Both the position numbers and the translations under genes were made by a program. From assembly GCF_040269895.1 (NCBI RefSeq), contig NZ_CP158568.1: a DNA stretch of 24,000 bases; one strand, 5' to 3'. Of the stretch, positions 15,866 through 24,000 are shown piece after piece (position 1 is the stretch's first letter; each line of letters opens with the position of its first letter). The stretch is from Methyloraptor flagellatus (GTDB taxonomy: Bacteria; Pseudomonadota; Alphaproteobacteria; Rhizobiales; Ancalomicrobiaceae). A model generated the notes under the pieces. It was not told the DNA's origin and searched no databases. It was given only the letters and a program-made list of their open reading frames with translations.

Positions 15866-17964
15866 ATGCGCCCCGAGATCCTGAACCCCTATTTCGCCGG
15901 CCTCGAAGGTCTGCCGGGCGTCGGCCCGAAGACCGCGGCGCATTTCGCGCGGCTGTTCGGCGGCGACGGACGGCCGGCGCGGGTGGTCGATCTCCTGTTC
16001 CACCTGCCGACCGGGCTGATCGACCGGCGCAATCAGCCCGGCGTCGCGCGCGCGGCCGAGGGCGCGATCGTGACGCTCGACGTGCGCGTCGACCGGCACA
16101 AGGCCGCCGCCGCGGCACGCGCCTGCCCTACCGGGTCTATGCCCATGACGACACCGGCGAGATCGCGCTCGTGTTCTTCAACGCGCGCGCCGACTGGCTG
16201 CAGAAGATCCTGCCCGAGGGCGAGCGGCGCTGGGTGTCCGGCAAGGTCGAATGGTTCAACGGCGCGCCGCAGATGGTGCATCCGGACCATGTCGTCGCGC
16301 CGGAGGAGTTCGGCTCGCTGCCGCTGGTCGAGCCGGTCTATGGCCTGACCGAGGGCCTGTCATTGCGCGCGGTCGGCCGCGCGGCGGTCGCGGCGCTCGA
16401 CAAGGTGCCGGTGCTGCCGGAATGGCAGGAGCCGGACTGGATCGCGCGCAAGCGCTGGCCGGGCTTTCTCGATGCGCTGAAAACCTTGCACAGGCCGGAA
16501 GGCGCGATCGAGGCCGAGCCGCAAGCGACCGCGCTGGCCCGCCTCGCCTATGACGAACTGCTCGCCAGCCAGCTGGCGCTGGCGCTGGTGCGCGCGGAGG
16601 TCCGGCGCGGGGCGAAGGCGCCGCGGATCGGCACGGGCGCCTTGTCCGAGAAGGTTCTCGGCGCCCTGCCCTTCTCCCTGACCGGATCGCAGACGCGCGC
16701 GGTCGAGGAGATCCGCGCCGACATGGGGCAGCCCGTGCGCATGTTGCGGCTCCTGCAAGGCGACGTCGGCGCCGGCAAGACCGTCGTCGCCATGCTCGCC
16801 GCCGCCACGGCCTGCGAGACCGGCGGTCAGGCGGCGCTGATGGCACCGACCGAGTTGCTTGCCCGCCAGCACGCCCGCACGCTGCAACCGCTCGCCGAGG
16901 CCGCCGGCATCGGCTTTGCGGTGCTGACCGGCCGCGAGAAGGGCAAGGAGCGCGCGCGCATCCTCGAAGGGCTCGCGGACGGCTCGATCGGCCTCCTGGT
17001 CGGCACGCATGCGTTGTTCCAGGACGACGTCGTCTTCGCCGACCTCGCGCTCGCGATCATCGACGAACAACACCGGTTCGGCGTGCACCAGCGGCTCGCG
17101 CTCGCGGCCAAGGGCCGCGGCACCGACCTGCTGATCATGACCGCGACGCCGATCCCGCGCACGCTCCTGCTCTCGGCCTTCGGCGACGTCGATGCCTCGC
17201 GCCTGACCGAGAAGCCGGCGGGTCGGCAGCCGATCGATACGCGGCTGGTCTCGGCCGAGCGCATCGGCGAGGTGGTCGAGGGTCTGAAGCGCAAGATCGC
17301 CGAGGGCGCCAAGGTCTATTGGGTATCGCCGCTGGTGGAGGAGTCCGAGCAGATCGACCTCGCCGCGGCCGAGGAGCGCTTCGGCGATCTGACCCGCACG
17401 CTCGGGCCGATCGTCGGCCTCGTCCACGGCCGCCTGAAGCCGGCCGAGAAGGATGCCGCAATGCGCGACTTCCAGGAGGGGCGCACGCGCTTGCTCGTTG
17501 CCACCACCGTCATCGAAGTCGGCGTCGACGTGCCGGACGCCACGATCATGGTGATCGAACATGCCGAGCGCTTCGGCCTCGCCCAGCTCCACCAGCTGCG
17601 CGGCCGGGTCGGCCGCGGCAAGGCCGCATCAACGTGCCTGCTCGTGTACAAGGGCCCGCTCGGCGAGGTCGCCCGCGCGCGGCTCGAGATCATGCGCGAG
17701 ACGGAAGATGGCTTCCGGATCGCCGAGGAGGACCTGAAGCTGCGCGGCGGCGGCGAGGTGCTCGGCACCCGGCAGTCGGGCCTGCCCGGCTTCAAGCTCG
17801 CCAGGCTCGACCTCCACGCCGAGATGATGGAGACCGCGCGCGACGACGCCCGGCTGATCCTCGCGCGCGATCCCGATCTCGCGAGCCCACGCGGCGCGGA
17901 GCTGCGCGTGCTGCTCTATCTGTTCGAGCGCGACGAGGGCGTGCGGCTGCTGAAGGCCGGGTGA
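15866..17964 (+). CDS. recG: ATP-dependent DNA helicase RecG, interrupted as sequenced by a 1-nt frameshift near 16100-16120
   Basis: The N-terminus (ATG 15866, MRPEILNPYFAGLEGLPGVGPKT...VRVDRHKA) is ORF 15866..16348. The body (RGTRLPYRVYAHDDTGEIALVFFNAR..., GDVGAGKT, DEQHRFG, TATPIPRT, QLRGRVGRG) is ORF 15757..17964. The span is 2099 nt (2 mod 3). Confidence 0.95.
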
Positions 17965-17995
17965 TCGGTCCCGTGTGCACGGGCTCGGCGTCCGG

Positions 17996-19255
17996 TCAGG
18001 GCTTCGGCAGCAAATTCCGGCGCTGCGCCATGGTCGCGACGACTGCCTCGGCGGCCACATCCGAGGGCGAACGACCGCCGGGCAAGGCCATCACCGCCTC
18101 GAGGCGCGCGAAGGCATCGATCTGCGCGCGCCGCTCCGGGCTGTCGCGCAGCAGCGCGGCGAGCGCGCCGGCGAGATTTTCCGGCGTGCAATCCTCGTCG
18201 ATGAATTCCGGCACGGCCTTCTCGCCGACGATCAGGTTCGGCAGGATCGCCGAGCGCACTTTCAAGAGCGGCCGGACCGGTTCGGGGATATCGAGGAAGC
18301 GCTTCACCACGCGACCGAGCGCGTCGAGCTTGTAGGCCGCGACCGTCGGAAGGCCGGCGAGCGCCAGTTCGAGCGTCACGGTGCCGGAGGCCGCCAGCGC
18401 GGCATCGGCAGTCCGGAACGCCTCGAATTTGGCCGCTTCGCCGGCGACCAGCGTCGGCGCGACCGGCCAGCCGGCGACGGCCGCCTCGATCGCCGGCCGG
18501 ACATGGTCGACGGCGGGCAGCGTGAGGTCGAACGGCCCGATCCGATCGCGCAACAGGCCGAGCGCGGCGCCGAACGGCGCCATCAAACGGCGGATCTCGC
18601 CGGTGCGGCTGCCGGGCAGCACGACGATGCGGGGCCGACGCCCGGCGCCGAGCGGCGCGGTGCGCGGCGTCGCCGGGCGGACCAGATCGCGCTTCTCGAT
18701 GAAGGGATGGCCGACGTAAGTCGTTGGCGGGCCGCCGAGCACCGCGTGGGCCGCCGGCTCGAACGGCAGGAGCGCCAGCAGGCGATCGGTGAAGGCCGCG
18801 ATCTTCTTCGCCCGGCCCGGCCGCCAGGCCCAGACGGTCGGCGAGACATAGAGCACGATCGGCAGATCCGGCATGGCGGCCCGGAGCGGCGCGGCGATGC
18901 GATGGCAGAAATCCGGGCTGTCGATCAGCACGAGCGCGTCGGGCCGGGCCGCCAGCGCGGCCTCGCGGGTGATCTTGATCCTGTTGAAGATCGTCGGCAG
19001 CCGCGCCAGCACCGGGCCGATGCCCATGACCGCGATGTCGCTCATCGGGAACAGGCTGGCGAGGCCGGCCGCCGTCATCGCCGGACCACCAACGCCGACG
19101 AAATCAACAGCGCCGAGCCGCGCGCGCAGGCCCTGCATCAGCGCAGCACCGAGCGCGTCGCCGGAGCTCTCGCCGGCGACGATGAAAATGCGGGGCGTAC
19201 GGCCGCCCGCCGGAGTCATCCCGTCACCGGAGGCGATCGCGTCGAAATCGGTCAT
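17996..19255 (-). CDS. lpxB: lipid-A-disaccharide synthase
   Basis: ORF 17996..19255. RIFIVAGESSGDALGAALM N-terminal motif and the overall LpxB pattern. Its ATG overlaps the lpxI stop (ATGA). Confidence 0.93.
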   Translation of the reverse strand: MTDFDAIASGDGMTPAGGRTPRIFIVAGESSGDALGAALMQGLRARLGAVDFVGVGGPAMTAAGLASLFPMSDIAVMGIGPVLARLPTIFNRIKITREAALAARPDALVLIDSPDFCHRIAAPLRAAMPDLPIVLYVSPTVWAWRPGRAKKIAAFTDRLLALLPFEPAAHAVLGGPPTTYVGHPFIEKRDLVRPATPRTAPLGAGRRPRIVVLPGSRTGEIRRLMAPFGAALGLLRDRIGPFDLTLPAVDHVRPAIEAAVAGWPVAPTLVAGEAAKFEAFRTADAALAASGTVTLELALAGLPTVAAYKLDALGRVVKRFLDIPEPVRPLLKVRSAILPNLIVGEKAVPEFIDEDCTPENLAGALAALLRDSPERRAQIDAFARLEAVMALPGGRSPSDVAAEAVVATMAQRRNLLPKP

Positions 19256-20182
19256 GGCGCGCCCTCACCGGCTTCCGGCCCGTGTCGGCCTGCGGACCCC
19301 GAGGCCTCGCCATCGCCAGCGGTCCCATAGACGAACAGTGCCGCCGCATCGGCCGCCGCGATCGTCGCGCCGCGATGGGCGACGATCGCGCGGCCGGTTT
19401 CGACCGCAACGCCGGCGAGGCCGGCGGCATGGGCATTGGCAACGGTGTCCGGCCCGATCGCCGGCAGGTCGAGACGGGGATCCTGCGTCGGCTTCATCGC
19501 CTTGACCAGCACGCCGCCCTGCGCCGTACCGGCGGCCGCGACGCGCGCCAGCATCGCGTCGGTGCCATCGGGGCCTTCTTCGGCGACCACGCGGCCGGCC
19601 GCGACCACGACGCCCTGCCCCTTGTCGCGACGGCCGAGGCGCACGCGCGGCGGCGAGCCCCACGGCGATGTCCGCGAGCGCGGCGTCGGTCGGCACGACA
19701 CGGCCGAGCGGGCCGGCCGGCGCCAACAGGCCGGGCGCGACGTCGGCGATCGACAGGACGCGAAAACCCTCGGCCTCGATGATGCGTGCGATCCGACGCA
19801 GGACGCCGTCGTCGCCGCGCGTCAGCAGGTGCCAATGGCGGATCACCTGAAAGACACCGCCGAGATCGATTTCGGAGAGGCGCGGCATGCGGCGCTGGCG
19901 CATGCCGCCGATCATCACGAGCTCGCGCGCGTCGGCCCGCCGCAAAGCCCGGAAGAAGCGGCCGAGCTGGCCGCGCCGGATCGGGACGGTCTCGAAGCCG
20001 GCGAGCGCGGCGAGATCGGCTTCGTCCTCGATGGCGACGACCACGACGCGCCGGCCCTCGGCCTGTACGCTCGCCGCGACCAGCGCCGGAAACGCGCCGC
20101 CGCCGGCGAGGATGCCGAGCGGCGGGAGCGCGCCGCCGTTCGCGACGGAGGGTTCGGCCGGCGGGGCAGCGCGCGCCGGCAC
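19252..20182 (-). CDS. lpxI: UDP-2,3-diacylglucosamine diphosphatase LpxI (DUF1009), interrupted as sequenced by a 1-nt frameshift near 19636-19648
   Basis: The N-terminal part (GTG 20182, ...LGILAGGGAFP...ADIAVGLAAA) is ORF 19265..20182. The C-terminal part (LGRRDKGQGVVVAAGRVVAEEGPDGTDAML...LVKAMKPTQDPRLDLPAIG) is ORF 19252..19701. The span is 931 nt (1 mod 3). Confidence 0.85.
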
Positions 20183-20186
20183 GGGA

Positions 20187-20990
20187 TCAGACTTCCTTGG
20201 CTGTGGCGCGCGGCGCGCAGAGGCCGCGGTCGCCGACGCCGCGCACGAAATCGACCACCTGCATGACCAGCGGCTCGCCGCCGAACATGGTCGCGACGTC
20301 CTCGACGCGCTCCATCAGCGTGCCCTCGTCCGAGAACAGCATGCGATAGGCGGCGCGCAGCTTGTGGATGCTCTCGCGCTCGAAGCCGCGGCGGCGCAAG
20401 CCGACGAGGTTCAGGCCGCCGAGCCGCGCGCGATCGCCGATCGCCGAGCCGTAGGGGATCAAGTCGCTCTCGAGACCCGAGAGGCCGCCGAGGAAGGCGT
20501 GTTCGCCGACGCGCACCCACTGGTGCACGGCCGAGAGGCCGCCGAGGATCGCATGATCGCCGACCGTCACATGGCCCGCGAGGGTCGCATTGTTGACCAG
20601 GATCACGTGATTGCCGACGCGGCAGTCGTGCGCGACATGGGCGCCGACCATGATCAGGCAGCCATCGCCGACGGAGGTGATCATGCCGCCGCCCTCGGTG
20701 CCGGGGTTGATCGTCACCTGTTCGCGAATGACGGTCTTCCGGCCGATCACGACCTTGCTCGGTTCGCCCTTGAACTTGAGATCCTGCGGCGGATGGCCGA
20801 TCGAGGCGAAGGGGTAGACCTTGGTCTCGGCGCCGATCTCGGTGATGCCGGCGAGCGACACGTGGCTGACCAGTTCGACGCCGTCGCCGAGGACGACGTC
20901 CTTGCCCACCACGCAGAACGGCCCGACGACGACATCGGCGCCGAGAACGGCGCCATCCTCGATCACGGCGGAGGGGTGGATTTTCGACAT
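20187..20990 (-). CDS. lpxA: acyl-ACP--UDP-N-acetylglucosamine O-acyltransferase
   Basis: ORF 20187..20990. IHPSAVIEDGA start, hexapeptide repeats, C-terminal helical domain. Intact. Confidence 0.95.
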   Translation of the reverse strand: MSKIHPSAVIEDGAVLGADVVVGPFCVVGKDVVLGDGVELVSHVSLAGITEIGAETKVYPFASIGHPPQDLKFKGEPSKVVIGRKTVIREQVTINPGTEGGGMITSVGDGCLIMVGAHVAHDCRVGNHVILVNNATLAGHVTVGDHAILGGLSAVHQWVRVGEHAFLGGLSGLESDLIPYGSAIGDRARLGGLNLVGLRRRGFERESIHKLRAAYRMLFSDEGTLMERVEDVATMFGGEPLVMQVVDFVRGVGDRGLCAPRATAKEV

Positions 20991-21052
20991 GGAGATACGA
21001 ATCCTCGAAGGCGCGGCGACAGGTCCGATCTAGCGGCCCCGGTTCCGCGCCG

Positions 21053-21080
21053 GAAATCACATTGCGTGTCCGATTGTGAC
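21053..21080 (-). promoter_or_regulatory. 28-nt motif, copy B (62 nt upstream of the lpxA ATG)
   Basis: GAAATCACATTGCGTGTCCGATTGTGAC. Contains TCACA-N13-TGTGA dyad symmetry. 24 of 28 identical to 6238-6265. Confidence 0.35.
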
Positions 21081-21105
21081 CGTGCGGGCGGCGGCCGTGC
21101 GGGCG
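21080..21105. repeat. 11-bp direct repeat CCGTGCGGGCG x2, 15-bp period, in the fabZ-lpxA spacer
   Basis: Copies at 21080-21090 and 21095-21105, directly abutting motif copy B. Confidence 0.8.
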
Positions 21106-21124
21106 CCGCGATCACCGCATCGCC

Positions 21125-21589
21125 TCAGTCGCGCACCAGCATGGCGCTGACCTCGGCCTCGGCGACGGTCTTGCCGTCGACCTTGGCCTCGCCGCGATAC
21201 CACCACATGTTCGACCGCTGCTTCAGCTTGGTCAGGTGGTAGTGAACCACGTCACCCGGCTCGACGGGCTTGCGGAACTTCACCTTGTCGATGGTCATGA
21301 AGTAGACGACCTTCGGCGGGCCGGCTTCCGCCGTCGCGGCCACGCACATGGCGCCGGCGGTCTGGGCCATGCCCTCGATCAGCAGCACGCCGGGGAACAC
21401 CGGCCGACCGGGAAAGTGGCCGAGGAACTGCGGCTCGTTGAACGTGACGTTCTTGATGCCGATGCCGGCGTTGTCGCCGTCGATGTCGATGATGCGATCG
21501 ACCATCAGGAACGGATAGCGGTGCGGCAGCAGTTCCAGGATCTTCAGGATGTCGGCCGTTGCCAGCGTCTTCGGCGGCGCTTCGGACAT
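21125..21589 (-). CDS. fabZ: 3-hydroxyacyl-ACP dehydratase FabZ
   Basis: ORF 21125..21589. [13 protein letters not shown], [23 protein letters not shown] hot-dog signature. Intact. Confidence 0.95.
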   Translation of the reverse strand: MSEAPPKTLATADILKILELLPHRYPFLMVDRIIDIDGDNAGIGIKNVTFNEPQFLGHFPGRPVFPGVLLIEGMAQTAGAMCVAATAEAGPPKVVYFMTIDKVKFRKPVEPGDVVHYHLTKLKQRSNMWWYRGEAKVDGKTVAEAEVSAMLVRD

Positions 21590-21662
21590 GCGGTCTGTCC
21601 CCTTTTCTCTCGATCATCGGTCGCCGGCCCGCCGTGCTGGCGCTCCGGACGACCGATCGTCT

Positions 21663-22720
21663 TCAGTCTTCGGATGGTCCCGTATCGCGGGCGGCGAGTT
21701 TCTTCAAGGTCGCGATCTCGCGCGCGAACTGCAGCACGGGCTTCGCCGGCGAGCCGACGATGCGCGCGCCGGCCGGCACGTCGCCCATGACGCCGGCCTG
21801 GGCGCCGACTTGCGCGCCGCTGCCGATCTTCAGATGACCGGTGATGCCGGCCTGGCCGGCGACGACGACGAAGTCGCCGAGCGTGGTCGAGCCGCTGATG
21901 CCGGACTGCGATACGATCACGCAATGCCGGCCGATCGTGACGTTGTGGGCGATCTGCACCAGGTTGTCGATCTTGGTGCCCTCGCCGATCACCGTGTCGC
22001 GGTTGGCGCCGCGGTCGATCGTCGTGTTGGCGCCGATCTCCACGTCGTCCTGGATCACCACCCGGCCGATCTGCGGCACCTTCAAGTGACCTTTCGGCCC
22101 CATCGCAAAGCCGAAGCCGTCCTGGCCGACGCGCACGCCGGAATGGATGATGACCCGGTTGCCGATCAGGGCATGAAGAAGCGTGACGCCCGAGGCAATG
22201 AAGCCGTTGCGACCGATGCGGACGTCGTGACCGATCACCGTGCCCGCGCCAATCACCGTGCCGGCGCCGATCTCGGCGCGCGCGCCGATCACCGCGCCGG
22301 GCTCGACCGTCACGCCCGGCTCGAGCCGGGCGGAGGGATGCACATGTGCGCCCGGCGCGATCGTCCCCGCCGCCTCGCCGAAGGCCCTTCGAGCCGCATC
22401 GCGGCCGGGTAGAGCTTAGCGACCGCCGTCGCGAAGGCGCGATAGGGTTCGTTGGTCTCGAGCGCGACGACGCCCTCGGGCACGCGGTCGGCGAAGCGCG
22501 GATTGATCAGGCAGGCGCTGGCACGGGTCGCGGCGAGTTCGCCGAGGTATTTCTTGTTGTCGAGGAAGGTCAGGTCGCCGGGGCCGGCGAGATCGAGCGG
22601 CCCGACGCCCTCGATGCGGACATAGGCCGCGTTGCCTTCGGCGAGGCGCGCGCCGGTCCAGGAGGCGATTTCGGCGAGGCTCGCCGGCTTCGGCTTGGCA
22701 AAGAAGGTCGGATCGCTCAT
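21663..22720 (-). CDS. lpxD: UDP-3-O-(3-hydroxyacyl)glucosamine N-acyltransferase, interrupted as sequenced by a 1-nt frameshift near 22381-22410
   Basis: The N-terminal domain (ATG 22720, [19 protein letters not shown]...[11 protein letters not shown]) is ORF 22310..22720. The hexapeptide body ([34 protein letters not shown]...) is the frame of ORF 21663..22343. The span is 1058 nt (2 mod 3). Confidence 0.93.
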
Positions 22721-22925
22721 CGGCGGCTTTCGTCTTTCTCGATCTCGCGCGCCCCGGCCCGCGCGCGCTGGTCGCCCGGCCGGATGCGACGCCTACCCCG
22801 TCTCCCTGGTCGGATCCGGGCCGGCGGCGCCGGCGGGGCGCGGCGCGACGGACCGGCTATGGCCCCTCGGCCCGGCCGCACCGTCGCAGCGCCCGTCCTA
22901 CACCGTCGGCGACGTCCCGTCATAG

Positions 22926-22955
22926 AAAAAGGCCGCCACCCGAGGGGTAGCGGCC
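22926..22955 (-). terminator. Rho-independent terminator downstream of bamA
   Basis: Minus-strand RNA GGCCGCUACCC-CUC-GGGUGGCGGCC (11-bp stem with one G.U pair) followed by UUUUUC. Lies 23 nt after the bamA stop. Confidence 0.55.
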
Positions 22956-22977
22956 TCGATCTTCCACTGTTTCGCGA

Positions 22978-24000
22978 TCAGAACTGGGTGCCGCCCGAGA
23001 AGCGGAACACCTGGGTGCGATCGTAACGCGACTTCGTGACCGGAACCGCGAAGTCCGCGCGCAGCGGGCCGAACGGCGAGCGCCACAGGATACCGAAGCC
23101 GACCGACGACCGGATCGTGTTGTCGTCGACGTAGGTGAAGCCGTTGGAGAAGTTGTTGCCGTTGTACTTGCCCGAGATGATCGTGCCCGACGCCGGCAGC
23201 GAGCCCTTGTCGATGCCCCAGGCGGTGCCCGCGTCGGCGAAGACGGCCGTGTAGAGACCGAACTCCTCCGGGGTGAACGGGAACGGCGCCATGAGTTCGG
23301 CCGAACCGGCGACGTAGTTCTTGGCACCGAGCGCTTCGTTCGACGTGTAGCCGTTGGCGGCGCTGCCGATCCGCGTGATGTCGCGCGGGCCGATGCCCAT
23401 CGACGCGAAGCCACGGATGGTTTCGCCGCCGATGAAGAAGTTGTCGAAGATGCGGACGTTCTTGCCGAGACCCGAGATGTTGCCACCACGGACACGCAGC
23501 ATGCCGACCAGACCCCAATCGGCGTTGAGCTCCTTGTAGAAGCGGCCGTCGAAGGTCGTGCGGATGAAGGCGACGTCGCCGCCGGCGCCCGCGTAATCCT
23601 GCTGCAGCTTCGCGTAGAAGCCGTCACGCGGGAATTGGATGTTGTCGAGCGAGTTGTAGGTCAGGCTGATGCTCGGCATCGAGACCCAGACCTGACGGTT
23701 CCACTTGCTCGTATCCGCCGGGCAGCCGACCGGATAGGTCGGGCAGACGTAGGTCTTGTAGGCCAGCGACGCTTCGCCGTTGTCGAAGTTCATGTCGACG
23801 TCGGACGACTGCAGCGAGATCTTCTGCGCATAGAGCGAGTAGCTCGCGCCGAAGGTCAGGTTGTCGGTGATCGGCAGGCCGAAGCGGACCGCGCCACCGT
23901 TCGTCTCTTCGTTGTAGTTCCGGTACGTCGAGACCAGATACTGCTTGTGATAGAGATCGAAGCCGGCCGAGATGCGCTGACCGAGGAAGTACGGCTCGGT
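22978..24000 (-). CDS. bamA: outer membrane protein assembly factor BamA, C-terminal beta-barrel part (5' end beyond the window)
   Basis: ORF 22978..23793 ends in ...RFSGGTQF (terminal aromatic residue). The same frame stays open to 24000 (TEPYFLGQRISAGFDLYHKQY...), so the gene continues off the window. Confidence 0.93.
   Translation of the reverse strand, partial: TEPYFLGQRISAGFDLYHKQYLVSTYRNYNEETNGGAVRFGLPITDNLTFGASYSLYAQKISLQSSDVDMNFDNGEASLAYKTYVCPTYPVGCPADTSKWNRQVWVSMPSISLTYNSLDNIQFPRDGFYAKLQQDYAGAGGDVAFIRTTFDGRFYKELNADWGLVGMLRVRGGNISGLGKNVRIFDNFFIGGETIRGFASMGIGPRDITRIGSAANGYTSNEALGAKNYVAGSAELMAPFPFTPEEFGLYTAVFADAGTAWGIDKGSLPASGTIISGKYNGNNFSNGFTYVDDNTIRSSVGFGILWRSPFGPLRADFAVPVTKSRYDRTQVFRFSGGTQF

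Noticed and set aside
17965-17995. Hairpin CCCGT-GTGC-ACGGG between convergent recG and lpxB as a bidirectional terminator
   Set aside because: The stem is only 5-6 bp and there is no U-tract on either strand. Too weak to call.
14772-21242. Other long shadow ORFs (14772..15806 +, 16360..17592 -, 17975..19330 +, 19887..21242 +), plus 21549..22412 +, 9385..10407 - and 8087..9616 + outside this span
   Set aside because: All overlap well-supported genes on the opposite strand or in another frame, and all have the Arg/Gly/Asp-rich composition typical of non-coding frames in GC-rich DNA.
6314-22720. Programmed ribosomal frameshifting or true pseudogenisation as the explanation for the five split genes
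   Set aside because: I saw no slippery heptamer or downstream stimulatory structure at the junctions. The affected genes are unrelated. Both +1 and -1 changes occur. There are no secondary lesions. Error is more parsimonious, but only read-level data can settle it.
22717-22923. 68-aa ORF in the bamA-lpxD spacer as a possible skp
   Set aside because: Its composition is extremely Arg-rich with no signal peptide, and it overlaps the terminator. It is not Skp-like.

Overview
High-GC (roughly 70% by eye) chromosomal core region. Gene content and synteny suggest an alphaproteobacterium, probably Hyphomicrobiales/Rhizobiales-like (inference). Left to right: a DUF502 membrane protein; an orphan PhnM-family amidohydrolase divergent from a marR / 4-TM protein / cytochrome b561 operon; glmS and glmU (minus strand); a SPOR-domain protein; ccdA; a small secreted protein; sdhE-mfd (minus strand) divergent from recG, with a parDE toxin-antitoxin cassette wedged between them; then the envelope cluster lpxB-lpxI-lpxA-fabZ-lpxD-bamA (minus strand, bamA runs off the right edge). 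I recognised no rRNA, tRNA, CRISPR, transposase or integrase. I found no convincing novel multi-gene system; nothing here looks like a defence island. The strongest signal is that five conserved genes (glmU, mfd, recG, lpxI, lpxD; glmU and lpxD normally essential) are each broken by one single-base indel, three of them at a short G/C run. The SPOR gene appears to hide a compensating +1/-1 pair. Sequencing or assembly error is the most economical explanation, not gene decay. Smaller points worth a second look: a perfect 33-bp palindrome abutting the marR start, a 28-nt motif shared by the glmS and lpxA upstream regions, a nested hairpin structure in the glmU-glmS spacer, the lower-GC parDE cassette flanked by 10-bp direct repeats, a G9 tract in a divergent promoter, and several 15-bp-period repeats. 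The many long Arg/Gly/Asp-rich ORFs antisense to these genes are high-GC artefacts.
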